Made by a program: the position numbers and the translations under genes | Shown here: in pieces, positions 38,694 through 49,185 of the stretch | How the letters are laid out: every line of letters begins with the position of its first letter | Numbering within the stretch: position 1 is the stretch's first letter | Source of the DNA: a bacterium | GTDB lineage: Bacteria; UBA8248; JACPRG01; G963555815 | Reading direction: 5' to 3' | DNA length: 64,000 bases | Assembly (NCBI GenBank): GCA_965261595.1 | Contig: CBDHDG010000005.1 | Location: 96,001 to 160,000 of the forward strand | Notes under the pieces: generated by a model | The model's input: only the letters and a program-made list of their open reading frames with translations | Databases searched by the model: none | Told to the model about the DNA's origin: nothing

Positions 38694-39370
38694 TCAGGAC
38701 GGCGGCGGTCCGGCCGGCGCGCCTTTTCGCCGAACCCAGATTTCAAAATCCGGGTCTTCGTCCGAAGCCCCCGGTCCGAGCCAGTCTCCGGGCGGAAGAG
38801 GGGCGTAGTCCCGGAAAACCCGGTCCCGCAACCGGGTCGATCCCTCTCCGGCGAGCCGTACAGGCTGAACCGTGCTCTTCCAGAAAAGCGACTTGCGGTT
38901 CACCACCAGAAAGCGGACGCGCGGCAGCCTCTCGACGATGCTCTCCTGCATCTCCGGCGTCAGCAAACCCCAGGTCGTGGCGTTATAGCGGGTGACGCTC
39001 GGCCTTCCCGTCCAGATGTAGATGCTCGACATTCCCGGCATGGTGAAAATCGGCTCGCCCGGCGCCGTGCGTCTCCGGAGATACCGGATCAGGGCCTCCA
39101 ATTTGGGGGCGATCTCCGATTGAAACCGGACCCCCGCGGCGGACGGCGCGGACAGGGGGATTCCCTTTTGGCGCTCCTTCGCCAGGGGAATCACCCCCAG
39201 GCCCAGGAACGGCAGCAGGAAGGCGAGCGTCGCCGCCGGGAACACCAGCTCGGCGATCGAGCGGGACACCGGAAGATTGAGAGGCCGCCGGTTTTTCTCG
39301 GGCAGCTTGCGTCGATCCAGCAGCGCATACGTAAGCGCGCCGGCCAGGAGGACGACGAGGGGCGTCGCAG
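38694..39370 (-). pseudogene. C-terminal remnant of a membrane protein (possibly GT-C like), cut by IS3
   Basis: TM segments followed by YLRRRTAPGEPIFTMP...IYIWTGR; N-terminus replaced by the IS. Confidence 0.55.
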
Positions 39371-39436
39371 TCCCCCGCTCTAGGGTTTTGTTGGACACTC
39401 GATTGATCCATGATTCATGGAGAAAGGGGTGTCGCG

Positions 39437-39823
39437 ATGAACGAACAAAAGCAAGAGGGGGCTTTGGCGGAGGGCGCCCGCAGGGCGAACGGAGCCAAGG
39501 CCCCAGGGCATCGCAGTGAGCGGGGTCGGTTCTCCTGCCAGCGCAAGCGGGAGGCGGTCCTGCGTCTTTTGCGGGGCGAGAGCCTGGAGACGCTCTGCCG
39601 CGAGTTGGGCACGACAGCGGCTCGGCTTTCCGCCTGGCGCGAGGCGTTCCTTCGCGGGGGCGAGGCGGCGCTCAAAGCCCGCCCGGCGGATGAGCGGGAC
39701 GAGGAGAACGCCCGGCTCAAGGCCAAGGTGGGCGAACTCACGATGGAGGGCGAGGTCCTGCGGGAGAAGATCGACCGCCTGGAGGCCGGCCGCCCTTTAG
39801 CCGGCAGGAGGTGGAGGCGATGA
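39437..39823 (+). CDS. IS3 OrfA
   Basis: As the other copies. Confidence 0.85.
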   Translation: MNEQKQEGALAEGARRANGAKAPGHRSERGRFSCQRKREAVLRLLRGESLETLCRELGTTAARLSAWREAFLRGGEAALKARPADERDEENARLKAKVGELTMEGEVLREKIDRLEAGRPLAGRRWRR

Positions 39824-40728
39824 GTCAGGCCCGCTTCACCTCCACGGGCAGAGCCTACGGCCTGAAGCGGGTGTGCGCCCTTTGGGGCTTGGCGCGCTCC
39901 ACGGTCTACGCGCAACGGCGGCGAGAGGCGGTCCCCGTTCATGAACGCCCCACGCCCAATAAGCGCGGCCCTGTGGGCCCGTGCACCGATGCGGAACTCC
40001 TCGGCCACATCCGGCAGGTCCTGGAGGACTCTCCCTTCCATGGCGAGGGCTGCCGCAAGGTGTGGGCGAGGCTGCGCTTCGCGGGCATCCGCACCAGCAA
40101 GGAGCGGGTGCGTCGCCTGATGCGGGAGGCGGGGCTTCAGGCCCCCCACCGGGTGGGCAAACCCCGAGGTCCCAAAGCCCACAACGGGACCATCCGCACC
40201 GAGCGGCCCGACCGAATGTGGGGCACGCACATGACGACGACGGTGACCACCGAGGAGGGGATGGCCTCGGTGTTCGTGGCGGTGGATCACTGCTCGGTGG
40301 ACTGCGTGGGGATCCATGCGGCCAAGAGCGGCAACCGCTTCGAGGCCCTGGAGCCGATCCGGCAGGGGGTCGCCGAGCGCTTCGCCGGCTTGGAGGCGGA
40401 CGTCGCCGAGGGGCTTAAAGTTCGTCACGACCACGGCCCCGCCTATCTGTCCGATGACTTTCAGCGGGAGATCGCCTACCTGGGCATGACCAGTTCGCCC
40501 AGCTTCGTGCGGGCGCCCGAGGGAAATGGCTACTGTGAGTGGTTCATCCGCATCTTGAAGGAGAATCTCCTGTGGGTGCGCTCTTTCGCCACCGTAGAGG
40601 AACTGCGGTGGGCGCTGCTTGAGTTCAAGAACCTGTACAACCATCATTGGATTCTCGAGGGCTACGGCTACCGAACGCCGGCCCAGGCAAGGCAGGAAAA
40701 ACTCGCTCAAGTTGCGGAGGCCGCATGA
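39820..40728 (+). CDS. IS3 OrfB transposase with D-to-H at the first DDE aspartate
   Basis: GAC to CAC at 40228-40230; also Y to C in GEGYRK. Confidence 0.85.
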   Translation: MSQARFTSTGRAYGLKRVCALWGLARSTVYAQRRREAVPVHERPTPNKRGPVGPCTDAELLGHIRQVLEDSPFHGEGCRKVWARLRFAGIRTSKERVRRLMREAGLQAPHRVGKPRGPKAHNGTIRTERPDRMWGTHMTTTVTTEEGMASVFVAVDHCSVDCVGIHAAKSGNRFEALEPIRQGVAERFAGLEADVAEGLKVRHDHGPAYLSDDFQREIAYLGMTSSPSFVRAPEGNGYCEWFIRILKENLLWVRSFATVEELRWALLEFKNLYNHHWILEGYGYRTPAQARQEKLAQVAEAA

Positions 40729-40774
40729 GGTCGAATACCCTCACCCGAGTGTCCAATAACCCAGGGGCGGTCCA

Positions 40775-40905
40775 AGTTGAGTTAAACTCAGCCATCCAGA
40801 AAACCCCGCTCTTGAGAAGATTTTCCAAAATGGCCAAGTGACTAAAGCAAAAAGCCCAAAAATCACAACCAAGATCAGCAGTTCCTGCAGTCCAAGTCCA
40901 AACAT
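40775..40905 (-). pseudogene. Small membrane protein N-terminus truncated by IS3
   Basis: MFGLGLQELLILVVIFGLFALVTWPFWKIFSRAGFSGWLSL. Confidence 0.6.
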
Positions 40906-40936
40906 GTTTTTCTCCTTCTCAACTGTACGATATCTA

Positions 40937-41719
40937 TCAAACGAAAACATCCCCACCGTTCACCAGCAGGGTCTGGCCCGTCATGAACGCGCTGGCGTCG
41001 GAGGCCAGGAAAACGACAGTCCCGACCAGGTCCTCGGGCTGTTGATGGCGCTTCAGGGAGCGTGTCCCGACGATCCGCGCCTCCATCTTATTCCACCACT
41101 CCGCCTTGTCCGGGTCCTCCGTCAGTCTCCGGTTCCCCTCGCTCATCGTGAAGCCGGGCGCGACGGCGTTCACCCGGATGTCGGACTCCCCCAGCTCGCG
41201 CGCCGCCGCGCGCGTCATCCCGATGACGGCGCCCTTGGAGGCCACATAGTGAAGGAAGCCGGGGACCCCCTTGTGCACCGTGTCCGAGGCGAAGTTGATG
41301 ATGGAGCCGCCGCCGGCTTTCCGCATGGCCGGCGCGGCGGCCTTCATCCCGAGGAACACGCCCCGGACGTTGACGGCCATCACCCGGTCCCACTCCTCGA
41401 TGGGGATGTCTTCGAGGGACTGGTCTCTCTTGAGGTTCGCGAAGAGCGCGGCGTTGTTCACCCAGACATCGATCCGGCCGAATTCCGCCGCGACGCCTTC
41501 CGCCAGGGCTTTGACGGCGGATTCCTCCGCGACGTCCGTCTCGAAGGCCCGGGCGTTCCCGCCCGCGGCCGCGATCTCCTCCGCCGCCGGGGCCGCGTCC
41601 TGAACGTCGGCCAGGGCCACGTCCGCCCCCGCCCGCGCCAGCCCCGCCGCAACGACCTTGCCGATCCCCTGGGCCGCCCCCGTGACGACGGCCACCCGGC
41701 CTTTCAGATCCGCCTCCAT
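40937..41719 (-). CDS. SDR-family oxidoreductase
   Basis: TGAAQGIG, NNAA, YVASK, VNAVAPG. Confidence 0.95.
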   Translation of the reverse strand: MEADLKGRVAVVTGAAQGIGKVVAAGLARAGADVALADVQDAAPAAEEIAAAGGNARAFETDVAEESAVKALAEGVAAEFGRIDVWVNNAALFANLKRDQSLEDIPIEEWDRVMAVNVRGVFLGMKAAAPAMRKAGGGSIINFASDTVHKGVPGFLHYVASKGAVIGMTRAAARELGESDIRVNAVAPGFTMSEGNRRLTEDPDKAEWWNKMEARIVGTRSLKRHQQPEDLVGTVVFLASDASAFMTGQTLLVNGGDVFV

Positions 41720-42032
41720 GTCTCGCCCACCTTTCTCGCGTTACGTCGAAGGTGTTTCCTGTTCAGCGACGGACCCGCGGCCGGCCGGTCCCGATAGGGC
41801 GGCCTCCGGCAATCCGAAACGAAATAAAGACGCATTCTAAGGAATGCGTGAGGCTAGTCCCGTGCGAACCGAGGGATCTCTCAAGCTTGGTTTTCCGCGC
41901 GGAAAAGACGGTGAGGGCGTCGACTTCCCGTTCCTTCCGGGTCTTCCCGCGAATGGGCCAGTCCTTCAGCCCGCCCAGGGGGTCCCCCGACCCGAGGGGT
42001 CATCCAACCCGAGGGGTCAACCGACCCGCGCC

Positions 42033-43478
42033 TCAACCCGCCCACCGCTTGAAATCCTCGGGACTCAGGTACTCTTCGAGGGGCGTCTCCTGGAAACGGG
42101 CGCGCATGAAGAGCGGCGGGACGCCTTCCTGCTCGATGGTCTTGTACTTCCAGGGGATGGTGGCGTCGGTGATCATCTTGGCCTTGACGACCGAGTCCCC
42201 CGGAATGAGCGAGCGCACGCCCGCGATGGGGTTGTTCCGGTGGGTCTTGGCCTCGGGCAGGATGTGGACCTGCTCCTTGGGGTTGCACCGGGTGGTGACG
42301 GCCCAGTCGATGGCGTCCATGTCGTAGATGTCCACGTCCTCGTCCACCAGCGTGAGGCTCTCCAGATACACCGAGAACCCGAACGCCGCCAGGGCCACCT
42401 GGATCTGCTGGCCCTCCCGGTCCGGGGTGTCCTTTTTGAGCTGGAGGATGCCGTGGTGCCAGTGGGCCGAGCCGCGCGTGAGCGCAGCGTCCACGACGAA
42501 CGTGGGCTCGATGGCCTTGACGTACTGGTAGAAGGCCACGTCGTTGGAGATGCGGATGTTGTAGTTCTCTTTCGTCCCGGGGACGATGTTGTAGCTCATG
42601 GGCTGGGCGCAGTGCGTGACGCCGGTGATCCGGAAGATGGGCTTCCGCTGGGGGATGCTCAGGTATTTCAAGAATTCCGGCCAGGGCCCCTCCCATTCCT
42701 CGTCGTAAGGCGGCTCGACGACGCCCTCGATGACGATGTTCGCCGACGCCGGGACCTCCAGGTCCACGGTCTTGCACTTGACCAGCTCGACGGGCTCGCC
42801 CTTCAGGACCCCCGCCAGGGCGAATTCCTCCCGGCCGAAGGGGAGTTTGGTCACCCCGGAAAGGTAGATCTCGGCGTCCATGCCGAAGATGAGCGCCACG
42901 GGGAAGGGCGCGTTCCGCTCCTTGGCCTTCCGGAAGTGCATCCCGATGTGGGCCTCGGGCCGGATGTTGATGACCGTGCGGTTGTCATCGAGGAGCATGT
43001 TCCGGTACACGCCCATGTTCCGCGTGCCGGTTTCCGGATCCTTGGTGATGACGGCGGCCTGGAAGTACTTCCCCCCGTCATCGAGCGACGCCTGGATGGA
43101 AGGGACAAAGCTCAGGGCGTCGAACCCTTCGGTGTGGACGACCTCCTGGCAGGGGCCGTCGGAGACCACGACGGGGTCCACCTGCTTTTCCATCGCGGCC
43201 AGGAAGGCGCGCTTGAACGCGATGTCCTCCTCCGGCATGCCCAGGAGCCGCTTGACCCGGGAGCGCTCGCTGAACAGCGTCCCCCCGACGGGCATCGTGT
43301 ATCCCTTGACGTTTTGAAACAGGACCGCCGGGGTGTACCGGAGCTGGTCCAGCTTCATGAAGATCCCGGCGACCTCGTGGACGCTGTCCACCTCGCGCTC
43401 GATAACGACGACCTCGCCCTCGTCGATCATCCGCTGAAAGGTCGCCCCGATGCCGACGGCTGTCTGGATTTGTGTCAT
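42033..43478 (-). CDS. UbiD-family (prFMN-dependent) decarboxylase
   Basis: NMGVYR, CKTVDLEVPA, EGPWPEF, VDEDVDIYD...WAVTTR. Confidence 0.92.
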   Translation of the reverse strand: MTQIQTAVGIGATFQRMIDEGEVVVIEREVDSVHEVAGIFMKLDQLRYTPAVLFQNVKGYTMPVGGTLFSERSRVKRLLGMPEEDIAFKRAFLAAMEKQVDPVVVSDGPCQEVVHTEGFDALSFVPSIQASLDDGGKYFQAAVITKDPETGTRNMGVYRNMLLDDNRTVINIRPEAHIGMHFRKAKERNAPFPVALIFGMDAEIYLSGVTKLPFGREEFALAGVLKGEPVELVKCKTVDLEVPASANIVIEGVVEPPYDEEWEGPWPEFLKYLSIPQRKPIFRITGVTHCAQPMSYNIVPGTKENYNIRISNDVAFYQYVKAIEPTFVVDAALTRGSAHWHHGILQLKKDTPDREGQQIQVALAAFGFSVYLESLTLVDEDVDIYDMDAIDWAVTTRCNPKEQVHILPEAKTHRNNPIAGVRSLIPGDSVVKAKMITDATIPWKYKTIEQEGVPPLFMRARFQETPLEEYLSPEDFKRWAG

Positions 43479-43942
43479 CCTCTTTCACTCCGAACACGGA
43501 AGAACAAGAAACCCTGCGGCCGGACGCGCTATCGTCCAATCCTTCCCTCCGCCCGCCGGGTGAAGGGTAATGACCGACAGGCCGAAAACACTTTCTACAC
43601 ACAAAACGGCACGACACCCTTGACAGGGTCTACCTTGTCCCGTGCATGTGATTGCTGTATCATAAAAGGTGCACTCTCAAGAGAGTCAACGGCGAAGGAG
43701 CGACCCTTCCCGCCAGGTGTCCCTCTCTTGCGGCGGCCCGGACCGGGGCCGCGGGCCGCAGGCGTCCGCCAAGGCCTTTGCTCACTTCCCGGCGAGGCGT
43801 TATGGCTCCTGAGAATCCACACATCAAGTCGCCCCTCCCATGGGAAGACGTGTTCACGAACGAGTTTCTATAAGGCATCAAGCTCCCCACCCAGTCCTCC
43901 CAGGGAGGGCGCAACAGGCCAAGCGTCCCGGAATGGAGTCGA

Positions 43943-44875
43943 ATGAATGAGATCCGGAAGGTCGCCGTCATCGGCGCGGGGACCATGGGTAACGGCATCG
44001 CCCTGTGGTTCGCCAAGGCCGGCTTGGGCGTGAGCTTTCGGGACGTGGATCATGAGTTTCTGGACCAGGCCCGGAAGACGCAGGATGAGACCTTGAAGGC
44101 CCTATCGGCCGCGGGCGCCGTGGCCGAGGGGGAAGAAGAAGCCATCCGGGGTCGCATCCGGGGGACGACGGACATGGCCGAGGCCCTGGAGGGAGTGGAT
44201 TTCGTTCTGGAGGCCGTCCCGGAAGCGCTCGAGCTCAAGCGTTCCGTCTTCGCTGAGCTGGAAATGGTGGCTCCGCCCGGGATTCCGCTGGCCTCCAATA
44301 CCTCGGGGATCAGCATCTCCCTCATCGCCGAGGGCGTCAAGGACCCCTCCCGCGTCGTCGGCATGCACTGGTGGAACCCGCCCCACGTGGTCCGGGTCAT
44401 CGAGGTCATCCGGGGTCGGGGGACGTCTGACGCCACCGTGGAGGCCACCCAAGCGCTGGTGGAGCAAATCGGCAAGAAGCCGGTCCTGGTCAAGAAGGAC
44501 GTGCCGGGATTCCTGGGGAACCGCATCCTGTACGCCCTGCTTCGGGAGGCCATGTACTGTTACGAACAGGGGGTGGCGGACGCGAAGGATATCGACCTCC
44601 TGGTGAGCGAGGCCTTCGCCTCGAAGCTCGCCTTCATGGGACCGATGGCCCTGTTGGACTTGGCGGGTCTCGACGTTTACCACAATGTGTCCCAGTACCT
44701 TCACGAGGGTCTTTGCGACGCAAAGGAGGTCAGCCGGACCATCGCGGAGAAGCTCGCTCGCAACGAGTTGGGTCTGAAAACGAAGAAAGGGTTTTACGAT
44801 TACTCTGACGTGGACATCCCAGAACTGATGCGGAAGAGGTCGGCCCAGATGGAGGCGCTCCTCAACCTCATGTGA
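43943..44875 (+). CDS. 3-hydroxyacyl-CoA dehydrogenase family protein
   Basis: VIGAGTMG, EAVPE, ASNTS, MHWWNPP, GFLGNRI. Confidence 0.93.
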   Translation: MNEIRKVAVIGAGTMGNGIALWFAKAGLGVSFRDVDHEFLDQARKTQDETLKALSAAGAVAEGEEEAIRGRIRGTTDMAEALEGVDFVLEAVPEALELKRSVFAELEMVAPPGIPLASNTSGISISLIAEGVKDPSRVVGMHWWNPPHVVRVIEVIRGRGTSDATVEATQALVEQIGKKPVLVKKDVPGFLGNRILYALLREAMYCYEQGVADAKDIDLLVSEAFASKLAFMGPMALLDLAGLDVYHNVSQYLHEGLCDAKEVSRTIAEKLARNELGLKTKKGFYDYSDVDIPELMRKRSAQMEALLNLM

Positions 44876-44922
44876 GACGGGATATCCCCGGAATCAGGCG
44901 CGCAGAATGGCCGAACCTCAAA

Positions 44923-45774
44923 ATGGAACCGCAGACGGCTTTGATTAAAGAAGACCGGGCGACGGAATCCCACCGCGGAGAGGCCTCCTCCCGAAGCGGG
45001 ATCATCGAGCTGGAAGACGTCACCGTCACCTACGAGGCCCAACGAGGGAAGCCCTATACCGCGGTGGAGGACATCCATCTGCACGTCCACGAGAGGGAGT
45101 TCGTCTCGCTCATCGGCCCTTCCGGGTGCGGGAAGAGCACGCTGCTCAAGGTGATCACGGGCCTTCTGGACCCCTCGGAGGGGAAAGTGACCATCGAAGA
45201 AGGAAGCCCCCACGAGGCCAGGAGACGGCGGCTTTTCGGGATCGTCTTCCAGGAGCCCACCCTCCTGCCCTGGCGGGACGTCCGCCGGAACGCGGGGTTT
45301 CTGGTGGAGCTGGCGGGGGCCATGGGCTCGGATGCGAAGTTCGGCGACCCCGAGGATCTCCTGCGGATGGTGGGGCTGGAGGGTTTTCACCACAACTACC
45401 CCCGGGAGCTTTCGGGAGGGATGAAGCAGCGGGTGGCCATCGCCCGCGCCCTGTCCATCGACCCGTCCATCCTGATGATGGACGAGCCTTTCGGCGCCCT
45501 GGACGCCATGACCCGGGACAACATGAACGAGGAGCTGTTGCGCATCTGGCGGCAGACGCAAAAGACCGTCGTGTTCATCACCCACAGCATCCGGGAATCG
45601 GTCTATCTGTCGGACGCCGTCTACGTCATGGCGGGCAAGCCGGGCCGGGTGGTCGAACGGGTGAAGATCGACCTGCCGCGTCCACGACGCCTTGAGCAGC
45701 AGACGACGCCGGAGTTTCAGCGGCATCTCGACATGCTGCGGGAGCTTCTGGAGAGGGGGGAGGGGGCAAGGTGA
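44923..45774 (+). CDS. NitT/TauT-family ABC ATP-binding protein
   Basis: GPSGCGKST, LSGGMKQR, MDEPFGALD. Confidence 0.93.
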   Translation: MEPQTALIKEDRATESHRGEASSRSGIIELEDVTVTYEAQRGKPYTAVEDIHLHVHEREFVSLIGPSGCGKSTLLKVITGLLDPSEGKVTIEEGSPHEARRRRLFGIVFQEPTLLPWRDVRRNAGFLVELAGAMGSDAKFGDPEDLLRMVGLEGFHHNYPRELSGGMKQRVAIARALSIDPSILMMDEPFGALDAMTRDNMNEELLRIWRQTQKTVVFITHSIRESVYLSDAVYVMAGKPGRVVERVKIDLPRPRRLEQQTTPEFQRHLDMLRELLERGEGAR

Positions 45775-46553
45775 ACCGGGGGAAAGACATCATTCGGCGG
45801 TTCTGGCCGACGGCCGTGACGGTGGTGGTCCTCATGGCGCTGTGGGAGGCGGCCATTCGCTTCTTTCAGGTGCCCGCCTGGTTCATTCCGACACCCTCGG
45901 CCATCTTCAAGGATCTGATCATCTACGAGGGGTTCTACGAGGATGCCTGGATCACCACACAGGAGATCCTCCTGGGGGTCGTCATCGGCGACATCCTGGC
46001 GGTGGGGATCGCCGTCGCGGTAGTCTCCTCCCGATTTGTGCAGCGGACCCTTTACCCCATCGTGATCTTCTTCCAGAACATTCCCAAGATCACCCTGGCG
46101 CCCATCATGCTCCTGTGGTTCGGGCTGGGACTGGGAACGAAGGTGGCGATCGTGATCCTGATCTCGTTCTTCCCGGTGATCATCAACACCATCTACGGCT
46201 TGCAATCCGTGGACCCCAACCTCATCGACCTGGCCCGATCGGTGGCGGTCTCCCGGTGGGTGATCCTCCGGAAGATCCAGATCCCCCACGCCCTCCCCTA
46301 CATGTTCGAGGGGTTCAAGATCGCCATGACGTTCGCGGTCATCGGGGCCTTCGTGGCCGAGTGGATCTCCGGGAGCAACGGGCTGGGGTACCAAATCCGG
46401 GTGGCCTCCTCCGACATGGAGTCCGCGACGCTGTTCGCCGCCGTGGCCGTGATCTCGGTCATCGGCGTGATCCTGTACTACCTGGTTTCGTTGGCGGGCC
46501 GAAGGCTATTCCCGTGGCACGAGGCGGCCCGGGAAAGCGGCCCGCTGGTCTGA
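45771..46553 (+). CDS. NitT/TauT-family ABC permease
   Basis: IPTPS, IPKITLAP, FFPVIINT, GAFVAEW. Confidence 0.93.
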   Translation: MNRGKDIIRRFWPTAVTVVVLMALWEAAIRFFQVPAWFIPTPSAIFKDLIIYEGFYEDAWITTQEILLGVVIGDILAVGIAVAVVSSRFVQRTLYPIVIFFQNIPKITLAPIMLLWFGLGLGTKVAIVILISFFPVIINTIYGLQSVDPNLIDLARSVAVSRWVILRKIQIPHALPYMFEGFKIAMTFAVIGAFVAEWISGSNGLGYQIRVASSDMESATLFAAVAVISVIGVILYYLVSLAGRRLFPWHEAARESGPLV

Positions 46554-46577
46554 CGGACGGTTCAAGGAGGGTGTGAC

Positions 46578-47576
46578 ATGAGCAACGGAAGGTGGATGCG
46601 GTTCGGATGGTCGGCCATGGCGGTGGCGGCCCTGCTGTTCCTGGCCGGCTCGGCGGCGGCCGAGAAGGTCAAAGTACGCCTGGACTGGGTGTTTCGCGGC
46701 AACCACGCCATGTTCCACGTGGCCAAGGACAAGGGCTACTTCAAACAGAACGGCATCGACCTGACCAAGATCGACCCGGGCAACGGGTCGGTGCGCACCA
46801 TGAAGTTCGTGGGCGGCGGCCAGTACTCCTTCGGCTTCGGGGACCTGCCGACGCTCGCCACAGCCAAGAGCAAGGGGGTTCCCGTGACCTCCCTGGTGGT
46901 GGTGAACCAGCTCAGCCCGATGTCCTTCGTGACGCTGGCCGATTCGGGAATCAAGAAACCCAAGGACATCGAAGGCCGGAAGATGGGTGTCTTTCCCGGA
47001 GGCTCGACGCGGATCTTCTACCTGGCCTTCACCAAGATGTTGGGGATCGACCGGAAGAAAGTCACGGAGGTGGCCGTCAGCTTCCCCTATGAGAGCTATC
47101 TCCTGACCCGGAAGGTGGACGCCATTACGGGCTACCTAGACGCCGAGATCCCCATCCTCAAGGCGAAGGCCAAGATCCACGTCATGCAGGGCGCCAAGTA
47201 CGGCTACAAGGGTTACGGCAGCGGCGTGCTGGCCCGGGACGACGTGATCAAGAACAATCCGGACCTGGTGCGGCGCTTCACCAAGGCCTACATCCAGGGA
47301 TTCGTCTCCGTGATCAAGAACCCCGACGAGGCGGTCGAGATCCTGGCCCGGTACCAGAAGAAGGCCCCCAAGAAGGTCTGGCGGGCCCAGCTCCAGGCCG
47401 ACATCGACTCCTCCTTCATGGACGAGATCACCAAGGCCCACGGCCTGGGGTGGCAGACCGGCGAGCGGTGGAAGGTGACCCAGCAGATCCTGGTGGACCA
47501 GGGCATCATCAAGAATCCGGTTTCGGTGGGGACCCTCTTCACCAACGACTTCCTGAAGGATTCGCCGAAGATGTAG
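46578..47576 (+). CDS. NMT1/THI5-like ABC substrate-binding protein
   Basis: Signal peptide, VRLDW...HA, KGYF..G, PGNGS. Confidence 0.9.
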   Translation: MSNGRWMRFGWSAMAVAALLFLAGSAAAEKVKVRLDWVFRGNHAMFHVAKDKGYFKQNGIDLTKIDPGNGSVRTMKFVGGGQYSFGFGDLPTLATAKSKGVPVTSLVVVNQLSPMSFVTLADSGIKKPKDIEGRKMGVFPGGSTRIFYLAFTKMLGIDRKKVTEVAVSFPYESYLLTRKVDAITGYLDAEIPILKAKAKIHVMQGAKYGYKGYGSGVLARDDVIKNNPDLVRRFTKAYIQGFVSVIKNPDEAVEILARYQKKAPKKVWRAQLQADIDSSFMDEITKAHGLGWQTGERWKVTQQILVDQGIIKNPVSVGTLFTNDFLKDSPKM

Positions 47577-47724
47577 CGAGGCGCAGGCGGGGACTCCTCG
47601 TTCTCAGGTCGGCTCCGGCGGTTTGCGGACCTCCGGGCGCGGGGGGGGGGGGGGTCGACCGGGGATCTACGTCCCCGACAATCAGCGACTCCGCGGGCGG
47701 GTTCGCAGAATGGGTTTGTGTTCA

Positions 47725-49185
47725 ATGCCATATGAAGACCTGCGACACTTCATCCGCGACCTGGAGGAGTATAACCTCTTCCGATGGGTCGACGCGGAAG
47801 TGGATAAGGACTGGGAGATCAGCGCCGTCACCCGGACGTATTTCCGGCGGGTTCCCAAAGAGACGCGCGGCGCACTGGGCTTCCGCAACATCAAGGGATG
47901 GCCGGGCCACCGTCTGGTGGTGGGAACGGTCGGCGGTGGTGTGGAGGTCTATCACCGGGCCCTGGGAATCGAAGGGGGGGGCTTCGACGCCGTCAACCGC
48001 AAATGGCGCGAGGCCCTGACCCGCCCCATCCCCGCCGTGCTGACGGACGGGGACGCTCCCTGCCAGGAAGTCGTCAGGATGGGAGAGGAGGCCGACCTCC
48101 ATCGCTTCCCCATTCCCACCTGGACCCCGGAGAAGGACCCCGGCCCTTTCCTGACCTCGCCCTGCCTGGTGACGAAGGACCGGGGGACGGGGGTGGTGAA
48201 CGTGGGCGTTTACCGGTTGGAGGTCAAGGGACCTCGAAAGACCGGGGTCTTGTGGGACCTTCCGAGCCAGCACGGAGCGGTCCATTTCGCCGCGTATGAA
48301 GCGGCGAGCGAGCCCATGCCCATGGCCGTCGTTCTGGGCGTGGAGCCGACGATCCTGATGGGCGCTGTGGCGAAGGCCCCCATGGGGTTTGACGAGTTCG
48401 CCATCGCGGGGGGGCTGCGGGGCGCTGCGGTGGAGCTGGTCAAGTGCAAGACCGTTGACCTGGAGGTTCCGGCCCGGGCCGAGATCATCCTCGAGGGTCA
48501 TGTCCCTCCCCACGTTCGGGAGCGGGAAGGTCCTTTCGGCGAGTACACCGGCTACATGGGCGGACCCTACGAGATGGCGGTGTTCGAGATCGACTGCATC
48601 ACGCACCGGAAGGATGCCCTCCACCAGGCGTTTTTCAGTCAGATGCCTCCGAGCGAATCGAGCCTGATCCGGGCCATCCCGGAGGAGGCGCACATCTACA
48701 AGCACTTGGCGCAGGACTTGCGGATTCCGGGCATCGTAGACGTCCACCTGCCCGAGGCCGGGGGAAGCTATTCGATCTGCTGGGTCCGGATGAAGCAGGC
48801 CTACCCCGGTCAGGCGCAGCAGGTCCTATCGGCCGCCTGGACGCACCACCCCGCCTTCGCCAAGTGGATCATCGTAACCGATGAGGACGTGGACATCCGC
48901 GACCCCTTCCAGCGGGAGTGGGCGCTGGCCTGGCGGGTTCAGCCCCATCGGGACCTCTTCACCATCCCAAATACCGCCCCCGTTCTGCTCGATCCCTCCG
49001 CGGGTCACCATGGAGAGGGCCTCTGGGAGAAGCGGGGCTCGAAGATCCTCATCGACGCCACCAAGCCCTGGCCCGATTTTCCCGATGTCTCCCTGCCACC
49101 CCAGAAATACTTGGACCGTGTGGCCGAAGAGTGGGAGAGGTACGGTCTCACCGACGCCTCCGAGCCCGCAGGAGAAAGCCCATGA
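47725..49185 (+). CDS. UbiD-family decarboxylase
   Basis: MPYEDLR, NVGVYR, QHG, EGPFGEYTGY, VTDEDVDI. Confidence 0.93.
   Translation: MPYEDLRHFIRDLEEYNLFRWVDAEVDKDWEISAVTRTYFRRVPKETRGALGFRNIKGWPGHRLVVGTVGGGVEVYHRALGIEGGGFDAVNRKWREALTRPIPAVLTDGDAPCQEVVRMGEEADLHRFPIPTWTPEKDPGPFLTSPCLVTKDRGTGVVNVGVYRLEVKGPRKTGVLWDLPSQHGAVHFAAYEAASEPMPMAVVLGVEPTILMGAVAKAPMGFDEFAIAGGLRGAAVELVKCKTVDLEVPARAEIILEGHVPPHVREREGPFGEYTGYMGGPYEMAVFEIDCITHRKDALHQAFFSQMPPSESSLIRAIPEEAHIYKHLAQDLRIPGIVDVHLPEAGGSYSICWVRMKQAYPGQAQQVLSAAWTHHPAFAKWIIVTDEDVDIRDPFQREWALAWRVQPHRDLFTIPNTAPVLLDPSAGHHGEGLWEKRGSKILIDATKPWPDFPDVSLPPQKYLDRVAEEWERYGLTDASEPAGESP

Larger units (their letters stand above)
39371..40774 (+). mobile_element. IS3-family element, copy C (1404 bp), no TSD
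   Basis: Flanks GCAG and AGTT differ; OrfB has WGTHMT instead of WGTDMT. Confidence 0.95.
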
